Positions 1 to 9,593 are shown, counted from the first letter of the stretch. The stretch: DNA of 64,000 bases from Alphaproteobacteria bacterium (GCA_965225945.1 CBDDBZ010000038.1:256001-320000), one strand, 5' to 3'. The notes: generated by a model from the letters alone, not told the origin. Translations and numbers: made by a program.

Positions 1-1
1 A

Positions 2-508
2 AAAATTCGGGCGCTGGCATTTGAGCTTGGCGTCGAGGCGCGGCCGATGATCTTTCCCGCTATCGTCCACTCGCTGGAACAGTATGATCCGGCCCGAGTG
101 CGTGAACTGGCGGACACTACCAAGGACGTCATTGCTGCGGTTAAAAAACGCCTCGGCAACCGTGTCACGGAAACGCCTGTGATCGCCCGCCTGGAGGGCG
201 AGGACACTCTAGAAATCGCCATCGAACGCGCAGGGCTCAAAGATCGTCCCTCCATTGTACCGATCGAGGCGACGGCAGCACTTTCCATGCTGTTGCTCCG
301 CGATCATGGCGTCATGACGGTGCATTTCGCGGGCCTCCCGCCGGGCACGTCGGCAATGTTGATAAAGTTCGTGGTGCCGGAAACGCTGCAACGCTTCGGC
401 GGCGCGGAAAAGCTGGCGGATGCTATCGATGGATCGTTGGATGCGCTGGCCGGCGTCATTGGCGATGAAATTGCCTTCCGGGAGTTGCTGTATGGCGAGG
501 TGAACTAG
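2..508 (+). CDS. C-terminal part of a PLP-dependent, SelA-like (MJ0158-type) enzyme; 5' end lies outside the window
   Basis: Frame is open from position 2 (KIRALAFELGVEARPMIFP...). The LGVEARP segment and C-terminal region resemble SelA-like PLP proteins; recognised by eye. Confidence 0.45.
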   Translation, partial: KIRALAFELGVEARPMIFPAIVHSLEQYDPARVRELADTTKDVIAAVKKRLGNRVTETPVIARLEGEDTLEIAIERAGLKDRPSIVPIEATAALSMLLLRDHGVMTVHFAGLPPGTSAMLIKFVVPETLQRFGGAEKLADAIDGSLDALAGVIGDEIAFRELLYGEVN

Positions 509-722
509 ATACGATTGGTGAGCACCATTCCATGCCTTATCGGCGTCATTCCGCCGCCAGTTGCTTGTCCTCCGGAAGTGACATGTAGTGGCGGGAGATT
601 TCGCCGGGGTGGTCAGCCAAATTTCGTTCCGAACGTCCTTAGGAGAGAAGCCCTAAAAAGCGCGCGCGCGCGAGGACATCGCCTTTTGGGGTTTTCTTCC
701 AGCGATTTAGCCCGATCTAGCC

Positions 723-1271
723 ATGCTGAAACCGGTTCGCCGCATCGTCACCGGCCACGACGAGGCTGGCCGCTCGATAATCGTCTCCGATCAAACTTCG
801 CCGCACGTGTTGGAGAACCCGGTCCGCCCGGGCCGTGGCCTGACCGATCTCTGGCGCACCGACCAGACGCCGGCGACAAACGCCGGCGGTGACGACGCGG
901 CCGCCTGGCCGGTGATCCTGAACCCGCCCGAAGCGGGCAGCGTCTTCCGCTTCTTCCAGCTCAACCCGGGAGCGGACGAGGCCGGGCTGACGGAGTCGGA
1001 GCGCGAGGCTCGCTACGCCCAGGCCTTTGCCGCCATGGGCGCCAGCGCCGACCGCCACGACACCAACCGCCATCCTGGCATGCACCAGACCCGGACGGTG
1101 GACTACATCATCCTGCTCGAAGGCGAGGTGACGTTGGTGCTGGACGAGGCCGAGGTCGAACTCAGGCCCTTCAACGTGGTGGTTCAGCGTGGCACCAACC
1201 ACGCCTGGATCAACAAGGGCCAGACACCGGCGCTGCTGGCCGGGATCCTGATCGACGCCGAACCGCTCTAG
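723..1271 (+). CDS. Cupin-domain protein
   Basis: N-terminal RRIVTGHD; cupin motifs MHQTRTVDY and VVVQRGTNHAW. Confidence 0.85.
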   Translation: MLKPVRRIVTGHDEAGRSIIVSDQTSPHVLENPVRPGRGLTDLWRTDQTPATNAGGDDAAAWPVILNPPEAGSVFRFFQLNPGADEAGLTESEREARYAQAFAAMGASADRHDTNRHPGMHQTRTVDYIILLEGEVTLVLDEAEVELRPFNVVVQRGTNHAWINKGQTPALLAGILIDAEPL

Positions 1272-1324
1272 GCTCCGCCGATGGCACCCGCGCCGAGATG
1301 CCGCCAGATCGACCGGGCTTGGCG

Positions 1325-1445
1325 GGTGACGGCGGCCAGTGTCGGGAGGAGCGTGAGCAGGAGGGCCTGGCGGAGCATGGTGGAGGGTGTAGCAGGGCGA
1401 GGTTGGCACGCATGCGATGGCATCGATCGGCCGAATGTCGGCTTC
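1325..1445 (-). pseudogene. Leader and signal-peptide remnant of a thermonuclease-family gene (MLRQALLLTLLP...)
   Basis: Reverse complement aligns with 21006-21125, where the same leader continues into a thermonuclease N-terminus. Confidence 0.6.
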
Positions 1446-1530
1446 GCTCGGATCACGTCCGATGTACCCCCAATATTCCCCGTAATATTAGCTGATGCCG
1501 AACGGAGAATCATGACCCGACCCGGACATC
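1432..1530. repeat. Dispersed intergenic repeat, copy A (GAATGTCGGCTTC...TGACCCGACCCGGACAT)
   Basis: Shares GGGTCATGATTCTCCGT and GAAGCCGACATTCGGCC (on the minus strand) with the split copy at 14273-14291 / 19478-19497 / 21005-21022. Confidence 0.7.
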
Positions 1531-1554
1531 GCCGGAGTAAGCTAGACTGGCGAT

Positions 1555-2442
1555 ATGAGCGAGCGAATTATTCATACAACGAAGATTGATGGGGGCGATC
1601 GTCTATCCACGGATGATAAACCCAATTTACGTTTTCCATGGTGGAGCTTCACGAAAACCGCGCTGTCCGCTTGTGCACTTCAGTTGGTTGCCCAAGACCG
1701 TGTGAAACTAAACGATCCTTTGCCCGGCAATCCCTACACGCTCCGCCAGCTGTTGCAACATACCGCCGGCGTCCCGAACTACGGCCCGCTCGCGTCCTAT
1801 CACGATGCCGTGGCAAGAGGCGATGAACCTTGGACGGTGGATGAATTGCTCGAAAGAGTCGGCGCTGACCAACTCGATTTCGCACCGGGTCAGGGTTGGG
1901 CTTACTCAAATGTCGGCTACCTATTCGTACGTCAGCTCATCGAGGAAACATCGGGCTCGGATTTGGCCACCGTCTTGCGAAAGCTAGTCTTCGATCCGCT
2001 CGATCTTCGCTCGATAGCGTTGGCGACGAAGCCCACCGATCTCGATGGCACAGCTTGGGGGAACCAGGATCGATATCATCCGGGATGGGTCTTTCATGGC
2101 CTTCTCATCGGCACTGCAATGGATGCTGCGTGCCTTCTGGATGGACTTATGTCGGGTCGTCTGCTGCCGCCAGACCTCCTGGACATCATGAAATCCCGGC
2201 ATCCTCTCGGCGGCCCTATACCTGGACGCCCCTGGGAAACAACAGGGTATGGGCTTGGGTTGATGACTGGCCAAATGTCGATAGCTGGCCCGGCCATCGG
2301 TCATTCAGGTATCGGGCCTGGTAGTGTGAGCGCCGTCTACCACTTTCCCGAACGCAACCCATCCTGCACGGTCGCCGCATTTGCGCAGGGCGATGACGAA
2401 GGTGTCAACGAGCATGAAGTGGTTCGCCTAGCTACTCAATAA
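1555..2442 (+). CDS. Serine hydrolase, beta-lactamase/PBP-like family
   Basis: SxxK (SFTK), LLQHTAG, YSN and GHSG motifs. Confidence 0.85.
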   Translation: MSERIIHTTKIDGGDRLSTDDKPNLRFPWWSFTKTALSACALQLVAQDRVKLNDPLPGNPYTLRQLLQHTAGVPNYGPLASYHDAVARGDEPWTVDELLERVGADQLDFAPGQGWAYSNVGYLFVRQLIEETSGSDLATVLRKLVFDPLDLRSIALATKPTDLDGTAWGNQDRYHPGWVFHGLLIGTAMDAACLLDGLMSGRLLPPDLLDIMKSRHPLGGPIPGRPWETTGYGLGLMTGQMSIAGPAIGHSGIGPGSVSAVYHFPERNPSCTVAAFAQGDDEGVNEHEVVRLATQ

Positions 2443-2520
2443 CGGCAGCTTTTGGCTACCAATCGCCTAAGCGGCCATGTCGACCTGACGGTGACTATAC
2501 CCCTAATTCCGGAAAGTCGG
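2443..2520. repeat. Dispersed repeat, copy B
   Basis: GGCTACCAATCGCCTAAGCGGCC...TATACCCC..CGGAA matches the reverse complement of 10705-10772 over ~65 bp. It starts immediately after the stop codon at 2442. Confidence 0.75.
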
Positions 2521-2554
2521 AGTAAGATCCGCTGGGCAAAGGCGCGAGGGCGGC

Positions 2555-2737
2555 ATGGAAGACGGCGAGCTGATCGGATCGAAGGAAGCAGCGCTTATCG
2601 TCGCGCCGGACGGGGAAGTGCGACTAGTACTGCCAGAGAGCGACGGGGTAAACGACCGCGTGGCACTGCTGGCGCTGGTCGCGGCGCGGTTCGAAGATCC
2701 GAAGTGGGTGGCCAGAATGCTTGTCGAGTATCGGTGA
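2555..2737 (+). CDS. Small hypothetical protein
   Basis: ATG preceded by GAGGG; plausible composition; no recognised domain. Confidence 0.35.
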   Translation: MEDGELIGSKEAALIVAPDGEVRLVLPESDGVNDRVALLALVAARFEDPKWVARMLVEYR

Positions 2738-2789
2738 TGGATCAGGCTTCAGAGATACCGGGCCTCTTTGCGTTTTGGAGAGCCGCCGA

Positions 2790-2980
2790 CAGCATCACGA
2801 GGCGATCTGAGGTTTGGCTGTCAGGTGCGCCGTCTCAGGCTCTACGCCTCGGTTTTGGCCGGAAGGGGACATGCCGGGCCGGAAGCAAACGAGACGAACG
2901 ACGGTGAAGACTATACGGCGATCCAGCGGCTGACTTTCGCGCACGGTCTGTCAGCGCGAGGTGGTGGAGGGGTCGAAAGT
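2790..2980 (+). pseudogene. Degenerate IS21-family left end and istA N-terminus
   Basis: GGGGACATGCCG.G.CGGAAGCA..CGAGACGAACGA.GGTGAAG is homologous to 26226-26270. Encodes a frameshifted MPGRKQTRRTTVK/DYTAIQRLTFAHGLSAR. Confidence 0.55.
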
Positions 2981-3035
2981 CCCGGATCATCAGTTGCCGA
3001 GGATAGATTCCCTTTTTGATTGGAGGAGAAGAATC

Positions 3036-3296
3036 ATGAGCCAGAGGCGAAAGCCGGATGCGCGCGACCCCATCGACTGGGATGTGCCCGACTGGGTCGA
3101 CCCAACATTTGATCGTACGACCCCGTATACCGAGGATGAGTTGGATGCCTTGGTGGACGGCACGCTGGAAGCCATTCGAGACACGGCGTCTTGGGCGAGC
3201 TTGGTCGATCGCGTAGGGGATGAAGAGGCCCGGCGCGTACTTCGCGCCAGGCTGATCATGCGGGACGAGAATGCCAGACGGCAGTCGCGGCACTGA
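3036..3296 (+). CDS. Hypothetical protein (86 aa)
   Basis: GGAGGAG RBS before ATG 3036. Confidence 0.5.
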   Translation: MSQRRKPDARDPIDWDVPDWVDPTFDRTTPYTEDELDALVDGTLEAIRDTASWASLVDRVGDEEARRVLRARLIMRDENARRQSRH

Positions 3297-3392
3297 GGGA
3301 GGACAGTTCAGCTGTGGCTCCAACCCCTCGATATCGTATTTTCCTCCAGGTACAGGCATGATATCAGTAGATACTGATTTACTGCACTTGAC

Positions 3393-4615
3393 CATGGTAC
3401 ACGACGGCATTTACGTAGGACGTTGAAAAGGTTGTAGGATTCCCGATTCACTCCACGACGAGTCAAGAGGGAAATCATGCGAGACAACCCGATCAACGCC
3501 CTGCGTGAGACGCTACGATGCGGCTTCGCCTTTCGCAAGAGCCGTCTGGAGAGCCTTTGCGTCTTGGTCTTCGGCGTGTTCGTCGCCCGGACGGTGAACC
3601 TCTCTCACTTGGCCTGCCACTTTCCGGGGCGCGCGCGATCCAGCTCCAACTATCGGCGCCTGCAACGGTTTTTCGAGCAAGTCGATTTCGATTACGATCG
3701 CCTCGCCGAGTTCCTGGTCGCGATGATGGGGCTCCAGGCGGGGCCGTGGCGGCTGACCATGGACCGGACCAACTGGCGGCTGGGTCGCCGCGACGTCAAC
3801 ATCTTGATGATCGGCATCGTCAACCGCGCCATCGCCATTCCCGTGTGCTGGCGGGTGCTCGACAAGGCGGGCAATTCCAATACCAAGGAGCGGATCGCGA
3901 TCCTCGAACACGTCCTCCGGCTCTTCGGGGTCGACAAGATCGCCAGCCTCCTGGCCGACCGGGAATTCATCGGCGACGCCTGGCTGGCATGGTTGCAGGA
4001 AAAGGCCATCCCCTTTCACATCCGCATCCGATCCAACATCAAGATCGCCAACACGCGTGGTCGCATGGTCAAGGCGAGGGAGCTGTTTCGCGACCTCAAA
4101 CCCGGGGAAAGCCGCATCCTCTCCAACGCCAGGCGCCTCTCGGAGGCCAGAAAACCCAAGGCCAGGCCCGTCTTCGTCGCCGCGCTCCATCTCAAGACCG
4201 GCGAACTGTTGATCGTCGTGACCAACGACGCGCCCGAGGAGGCCTTGGCCATCTACGCCCAGCGCTGGCAAATCGAGACCCTCTTCGCCGCCTTGAAAAC
4301 CCGTGGCTTCAACCTCGAAGACACCCACATGACCGACCCGGAGCGCATCTCCAAGCTCACCGCCGTCCTTTCCATCACCTTCTGCTGGGCGCACAAAGTC
4401 GGCGATTGGCTCCACGAGGCCGAGCCGATCCGCCTCAAAACCCACAAAAGGATGGCAAAATCCATCTTCCGATACGGTTTCGAGTGGATAAGGCGACAGC
4501 TCGTCAATCCTATCGACAGGCGTCAAGCCATTGAGCTGATTCGTTTCCTCGTCCCCGGAAAACCACCAGTCCAGGTGCCCAGGCCAAAGCCAGCATGAAC
4601 GAGTCGTGTACTGTG
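3393..4615 (+). mobile_element. IS4-family element, copy 1 (1223 bp), no target duplication
   Basis: Ends CATGGTACACGAC / GTCGTGTACTGTG. Appears identical to 42319-43541; its own two flanks do not match. Confidence 0.9.
3477..4598 (+). CDS. IS4-family DDE transposase
   Basis: MDRTNW, LADREF and the YREK signature YAQRWQIETLFAALK. Confidence 0.9.
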   Translation: MRDNPINALRETLRCGFAFRKSRLESLCVLVFGVFVARTVNLSHLACHFPGRARSSSNYRRLQRFFEQVDFDYDRLAEFLVAMMGLQAGPWRLTMDRTNWRLGRRDVNILMIGIVNRAIAIPVCWRVLDKAGNSNTKERIAILEHVLRLFGVDKIASLLADREFIGDAWLAWLQEKAIPFHIRIRSNIKIANTRGRMVKARELFRDLKPGESRILSNARRLSEARKPKARPVFVAALHLKTGELLIVVTNDAPEEALAIYAQRWQIETLFAALKTRGFNLEDTHMTDPERISKLTAVLSITFCWAHKVGDWLHEAEPIRLKTHKRMAKSIFRYGFEWIRRQLVNPIDRRQAIELIRFLVPGKPPVQVPRPKPA

Positions 4616-4649
4616 AGAATTTACATCTTCTCTGACATAGAGTCCTTGA

Positions 4650-5834
4650 ATGGCAACTCTTGAAAACTGTCCTGTTTGCGGCAACAAGACATCGTCAAAT
4701 GCGGAACAATGTCCAAGTTGCGGAGAGCCGCTTGGGGAGGGGTGGGCCGAAAAACTATCTACGGACAAAAAGGTTAAGAAAGGCCGAGAGAAGAAGAAAA
4801 AGGGACGTGCCTTTTGGGTTGTAGTGGCAATTTTTCTTCTGCCGTTTTTCCTTCTTACCTTTTTCTCTGGGGAACCGGAATCCGTACGGGAAGCGCCTAT
4901 CAAGGAGAAGGCTGAATTGCCTACTTCGAAAGATCCCGCTAACGGATCATTGGCTCGAGAAACACCAAAGAAAGACACGATATTTACAAATACCCCAGAG
5001 AGAGAAAATCCGTCGAAGAACAGTTCCGGAAGTGAATCGAAGGAGCCAAAACCACATATTCAGCAGGCGGTGGTTCGAAAGAATAACCCCTCAAGTCAAG
5101 CCAAGTCGCGTCAAAATATCTTCAAGTGGGTCGCATCTAGTCGCGGCGCAAGCATCTATTCGAAACCAAGCCAAACGAGTTTGATAATCGGAAAGGTTTT
5201 AGCAGGAAAAGAAGTCCATGCTACAGCGCTTTCCGGCATATGGGTTGAAGCAGTGTTTGAGTCGGGAGCGAATGGTTGGTTGATGGCAGGAGATCTATGG
5301 CGGGAACGTGACGATGGAAGCCCACCTTATACCATCGTTCGAAGCGACTCTCTACATCCGCACAAGCTCAGTTATGATATCGGATTGGACAAAAAGGCAA
5401 CGGAGTCTCAGTTGCGTGGGATAGCTCAAGAGCTTTACAAGTTTTCTTCAGGATCGAAATTTGATCGTGTATTTATTGTGTATCTCCTTAGAGATACCTC
5501 CCCGGCTTCTGGTGCATGGGCGACCTCACATTTCAACCCAAATCTAGACGTCCGAATTTCAGGTGCAACGATTGAACAAGACAAAAAGTTTGAGACCGCT
5601 GCCAAATCGGTTCCCGGAACTCTTGTTGGAGCTTGGCAGAATGACGGAATCATATCCATACACATCACGATCTACCGAGAGTCGAGTGCCGTACATATGA
5701 TACAGCAATACAACGATGGCGGCAGCAGAAAGTCACGAATGAAGGAGAGAAAGACCGCCCGCGGTTTACGATTTGATTACGTCGGCGGTGCTACTGCTGG
5801 CGATCATTATGTTTTGCTAAAGTCAGGCTACTAG
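4650..5834 (+). CDS. Zinc-ribbon + single TM + low-complexity linker + SH3b-like membrane protein; probable frameshift near the 3' end
   Basis: CPVC..CPSC, hydrophobic FWVVVAIFLLPFFLLTFF, SH3b-like ASIYSKPS...GWLM. Lower GC than flanks. Another frame continues LEIRDDEGLISTARRLR to ~5884. Confidence 0.65.
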   Translation: MATLENCPVCGNKTSSNAEQCPSCGEPLGEGWAEKLSTDKKVKKGREKKKKGRAFWVVVAIFLLPFFLLTFFSGEPESVREAPIKEKAELPTSKDPANGSLARETPKKDTIFTNTPERENPSKNSSGSESKEPKPHIQQAVVRKNNPSSQAKSRQNIFKWVASSRGASIYSKPSQTSLIIGKVLAGKEVHATALSGIWVEAVFESGANGWLMAGDLWRERDDGSPPYTIVRSDSLHPHKLSYDIGLDKKATESQLRGIAQELYKFSSGSKFDRVFIVYLLRDTSPASGAWATSHFNPNLDVRISGATIEQDKKFETAAKSVPGTLVGAWQNDGIISIHITIYRESSAVHMIQQYNDGGSRKSRMKERKTARGLRFDYVGGATAGDHYVLLKSGY

Positions 5835-6143
5835 AAATCAGAGACGATGAAGGACTAATTTCGACTGCTCGGCGATTGAGGTAAACCGAACGGACAACCG
5901 CATTGCATCGAGAATAGGGGTGCGTCGCCGTACCCAAACTACAGAGAGAGAGAGGGTCACCAGTCGCCGATTAACGCTCGCTAGTGTTACGGGGAATCTA
6001 GGGGCAACACTGGACGGACATCGGACATCGGCGGCTCCCCTGTCCCACGGGCCAACGACCGGCTCGCCACGCGGGCCATAGCAAGGACGAGTGCAACGCG
6101 GGCGCCGAGTGGTCCGCCTTGGAGCGGCATCCGCCCAGGGTGG

Positions 6144-6237
6144 CGGTGCCGGCACCGAACGATTCTGTTCCTATCTATCCCCCTACCGTCCTTCCCCTCT
6201 CCCCAGTAGGAGCAACAATACTCCGGTGCCGGCACCG
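6144..6237. promoter_or_regulatory. Two perfect 14-bp palindromes CGGTGCCGGCACCG, 80 bp apart; candidate LacI-type operators
   Basis: Seen at 6144-6157 and 6224-6237, directly upstream of the amidase once IS630 is removed. Confidence 0.55.
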
Positions 6238-6240
6238 CTA

Positions 6241-7377
6241 GTGTTCCAATCCTAACAAAAGTTTCCCAAAGGGCTTGCGTTCTGCGATTCTGGGGGAATG
6301 ACGAAGACATTGGCATGCATCTGGCTGTCTCCCGCGGAGCGGGTGACGCTGGAAGGGTTGGTTTCTGGGCGGAACACGCCGCAGAAGCTGGTTTGGCGGG
6401 CACGGATAGTGTTGCTGTCGGCTGACGGGATCGGCACGATGACGATCGTCCGGTTGGTCGGCAAAAGTAAGGTGACGGTGTGGCGCTGGCAGGAGCGCTA
6501 CCTTGCCAAAGGCATCGCCGGACTGCGCCGCGATGCGACGCGACCGGGACGCAAGCCGCCGCTGAGCGCCGAGGTGATCGAGCGGGTTGTGCATAAGACC
6601 TTGCACGAGACGCCGGAGGCGGCGACGCATTGGAGCATCCGCAAGATGGCCCGTGCCGTCGGCCTCAGCTACACCAGCGTGCAGCGGATCTGGAAGGCGC
6701 ACGGCCTCAAGCCGCACCTGGTGAAGACCTTCAAGCTGTCGAATGACGAGCACTTCGTCGAGAAGGTGCGCGATATCGTCGGTCTCTATCTCGATCCGCC
6801 GGACAAGGCGCTGGTTCTCTCGGTCGACGAGAAGAGCCAGATCCAGGCGCTCGACCGCACACAGCCCGGCTTGCCGATCAAGAAGGGCCGAGCCGGCACC
6901 ATGACGCATGACTACAAGCGCCACGGCACGACGACATTGTTCGCCGCGCTCGACGTCGCCACCGGCAAGGTCATCGGCCACTGCATGAAGCGGCACCGCC
7001 ATCAGGAATGGCTGAAATTCCTGCGCCGTATCGACGCCGAGACGCCCAAGAAGCTCGACCTGCATCTGATCGCCGACAACTACGCCACCCACAAGCATCC
7101 CAAGGTCAAGGCGTGGTTGGCAAAACATCCTCGCTTCCATATGCACTTCACTCCGACATCCGCCTCCTGGCTCAGCCAGGTCGAACGCTTCTTCGGCCTG
7201 ATCACCAGCGATCAAATCCGTTGCGGCGTGTTCAAGAGCGTCGCCGAACTCGAAACAGCCATTCAGGAATACCTCGAGCACCACAGTGCCGATCCAAAAC
7301 CCTTCGTATGGACCGCTTCCGCCACCGCCATACTCGAAAAAGTCGCTCGTGGGCGACAGGCGCTAGAGTCGGTACAC
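6241..7377 (+). mobile_element. IS630-family element, copy 1, TA duplication in a CTAG target
   Basis: TA|GTGTTCCAATCCTAAC ... GCTAGAGTCGGTACAC|TA; near-identical to 49922-51058. Confidence 0.9.
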
Positions 7378-7380
7378 TAG
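6298..7380 (+). CDS. IS630-family transposase
   Basis: N-terminal HTH, SVDEKSQIQA, IADNYATH, SWLSQVERFF. The stop codon is completed by the target TAG. Confidence 0.92.
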   Translation: MTKTLACIWLSPAERVTLEGLVSGRNTPQKLVWRARIVLLSADGIGTMTIVRLVGKSKVTVWRWQERYLAKGIAGLRRDATRPGRKPPLSAEVIERVVHKTLHETPEAATHWSIRKMARAVGLSYTSVQRIWKAHGLKPHLVKTFKLSNDEHFVEKVRDIVGLYLDPPDKALVLSVDEKSQIQALDRTQPGLPIKKGRAGTMTHDYKRHGTTTLFAALDVATGKVIGHCMKRHRHQEWLKFLRRIDAETPKKLDLHLIADNYATHKHPKVKAWLAKHPRFHMHFTPTSASWLSQVERFFGLITSDQIRCGVFKSVAELETAIQEYLEHHSADPKPFVWTASATAILEKVARGRQALESVH

Positions 7381-7410
7381 CGCAGGGAAGAGATCGGGGA
7401 GGGGACGGCG

Positions 7411-8760
7411 ATGACCACGAACGGCGGCGCGCGCGAGGCGCTGGAACGCTCGCTGACGCGGATCGATGCGGAGAGCGAACGGCTGAACGCCTTCATCACG
7501 CTGGCGCCGGATGCGGCGCGCGCGGCGGCGGACGTGGCCGACAAGGCCGCGGCCGAGGGCCGCTGGCTCGGCCTGTTGCACGGCATGCCGATGGCGGTGA
7601 AGGACTGTATCGATACGGCGGGCCTGAGAACCACCAGCGGCTCAACTTTCTTTGAGCACCACGTGCCGAACGACGATGCCCCCGTGGTCGCCCGCCTGCG
7701 CCAGGCCGGCGCGGTGCTGGTCGGCAAGGCGACCCTGCAAGAGCTTTGTTTCGGCATCCGCTCGGTCAATCCGATTTCGGGCCAGTGCCACAACCCCTGG
7801 AACATCGACCGCGTGCCCGGCGGCTCCAGCGGCGGCTCCGGCGCCGCGCTGGCGGCGGATATGGTGCAGGGCGCGCTCGGCTCCGATACCGGCGGCTCGG
7901 TCCGCCTGCCGGCGTCCTTCTGCGGTGTCTCCGGCCTGCGTCCGACGGTCGGGCGGGTGCCGAACCATGGTGCTGCCCAGCTCAGTCCCACTTTCGACAC
8001 CATTGGGCCCATGGCGCGCTCGGTTGCGGACGTGGCCCGCATCCTGGCGGTCATCGCCGGGCCGGACCGGCGCGATCCGATGTCGGTTGACAAGCCGCTC
8101 GATAACTTTTTGCCCCGCCTGGACGACGGGGTCCGGGGCTTGCGCATCGGCGTGCCGAGCAACTCCTATTTCGAGAATGTGCCGGACGATATTGCGAGAC
8201 CGGTGATGGCGGCGCTGGCCGCGCTCGAGGCCCAGGGGGCCACGCTGGTCGACGTCGAGCTGTCGGGCGCGGCGGAAACCTACGAACACGCCGCGCTGAT
8301 CGTTTTCTCCGATGCCTGCGCCCATCACGCCGAACGCCTCGCCACCCGGCCAGAGGGCTTCAGCGCAGACGTGCATACTCGGTTGATCACCGGCCAGACG
8401 TTCACGGGGGTCGACTATGCTGGCGCCGTTCGCGCGCGGGAGGCCTGGCGCCGCACCCTGGCCGACGTCTTCGAGGAGGTCGACATCCTGGCCTCGCCGA
8501 CGGGGCGGGCGGATCCGCCGCCGATCGCCGACGACCGCGGCCTGCTGGAAGCGACGCGCGATGCCAGCCGTAACACCTATGCAGGCGGCCTTGGCGCCAT
8601 TCCTGGACTGTCCGTGCCGTGCGGCTTTTCCGCCATCGGCCTGCCCGTCGGCCTGCAACTGGAGGGGGCGTGGTGGCAAGAGCCTCTGCTGCTGCAAGTT
8701 GGCCACGCCTACCAGTCGGCGACCGAGTGGCATCTGGCCCGACCGCCAGAAGTCGCATGA
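7411..8760 (+). CDS. Amidase-signature family enzyme (GatA/AtzE-like)
   Basis: AVKD Lys, GGSSGGSGAA and GSDTGGSVRLPAS. Confidence 0.9.
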   Translation: MTTNGGAREALERSLTRIDAESERLNAFITLAPDAARAAADVADKAAAEGRWLGLLHGMPMAVKDCIDTAGLRTTSGSTFFEHHVPNDDAPVVARLRQAGAVLVGKATLQELCFGIRSVNPISGQCHNPWNIDRVPGGSSGGSGAALAADMVQGALGSDTGGSVRLPASFCGVSGLRPTVGRVPNHGAAQLSPTFDTIGPMARSVADVARILAVIAGPDRRDPMSVDKPLDNFLPRLDDGVRGLRIGVPSNSYFENVPDDIARPVMAALAALEAQGATLVDVELSGAAETYEHAALIVFSDACAHHAERLATRPEGFSADVHTRLITGQTFTGVDYAGAVRAREAWRRTLADVFEEVDILASPTGRADPPPIADDRGLLEATRDASRNTYAGGLGAIPGLSVPCGFSAIGLPVGLQLEGAWWQEPLLLQVGHAYQSATEWHLARPPEVA

Positions 8761-9508
8761 GCGGACATTCTGTCGACCCGGTGGAGGTCGTCGTCGGACA
8801 TCCGGGCCAACCGGGCATCTACGCGGCCGAGCAGTCAACCTCTCTCGCCGCCGGTCTTAGGTACCGGACGGCGATATCGAGCGGATCTTGGAGGCCGCAC
8901 GGCACAGTCCATCAGGGGCCAACGCGCAGCCCTGGCATTTCGTCGTCGTCGAGTCGATCGAGACCAAGGCGGCGATCGGCGACTATTTCATCGCCGAGGC
9001 GACGCGCCGGGCCAAGCTCAAAATGAAGTTTCCAACGCCGAATTATGCCGGCATGAAGACGGCGCCCGGCTTCATCGTTGTGATAGCCGATTTTCGCTAC
9101 GTCGATGCCTTTCCGGTGCTGAACGACGGTTCCGAGCTCGACACTATGTACCGCAAGAACGCGGAAAGGATCCTGCTGCAAAGCGTCGCCGCCGCGACAA
9201 TGGCGGCGCATCTGGCCGTGGCCGCGCTCGGTCATGCGGTCTGGTGGGTGACGGCGATCGGGCAAGAAGCCGCCCAGCAGGCACTGAGGCCGCTCCTCGG
9301 CGTGCCCGACGACCTCTCGGTCATCGACATCATGTGCTTTGGTGCGCCCTTAAAGCTACCCTATACGCGCTGGAAGAAGGACCTGGCCACGATCCACAGC
9401 CGAGACCGTTTTGACATGTCGAAATATCAGTCCCCGGCGGAGATCGACGACTGGATTCGCAATACCCGTCACAAGGTGATGTATCAAGACCAGACTAAAG
9501 TCGATTGA
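8757..9508 (+). pseudogene. Nitroreductase-family protein with a degenerate 5' end
   Basis: ATG 8757 overlaps the amidase stop. RASTR lies in a different frame, and TAG 8858-8860 precedes VPDGDIERILEAARHSPSGANAQPWHF. The remainder is intact. Confidence 0.65.
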
Positions 9509-9593
9509 TCGGGAGCAGATCGCACGGCCTCGAAATTCTCTAAACCGGAATTCCCCAGATGGCTTTTCCGAATCGCCGAGGAGGGACGCTGCC

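Noticed and set aside
4595-4665. IS4-derived ATG driving the 4650 gene, as it does for the intron RT
   Set aside because: ATG 4595 is out of frame with 4650 and stops after about 22 codons.
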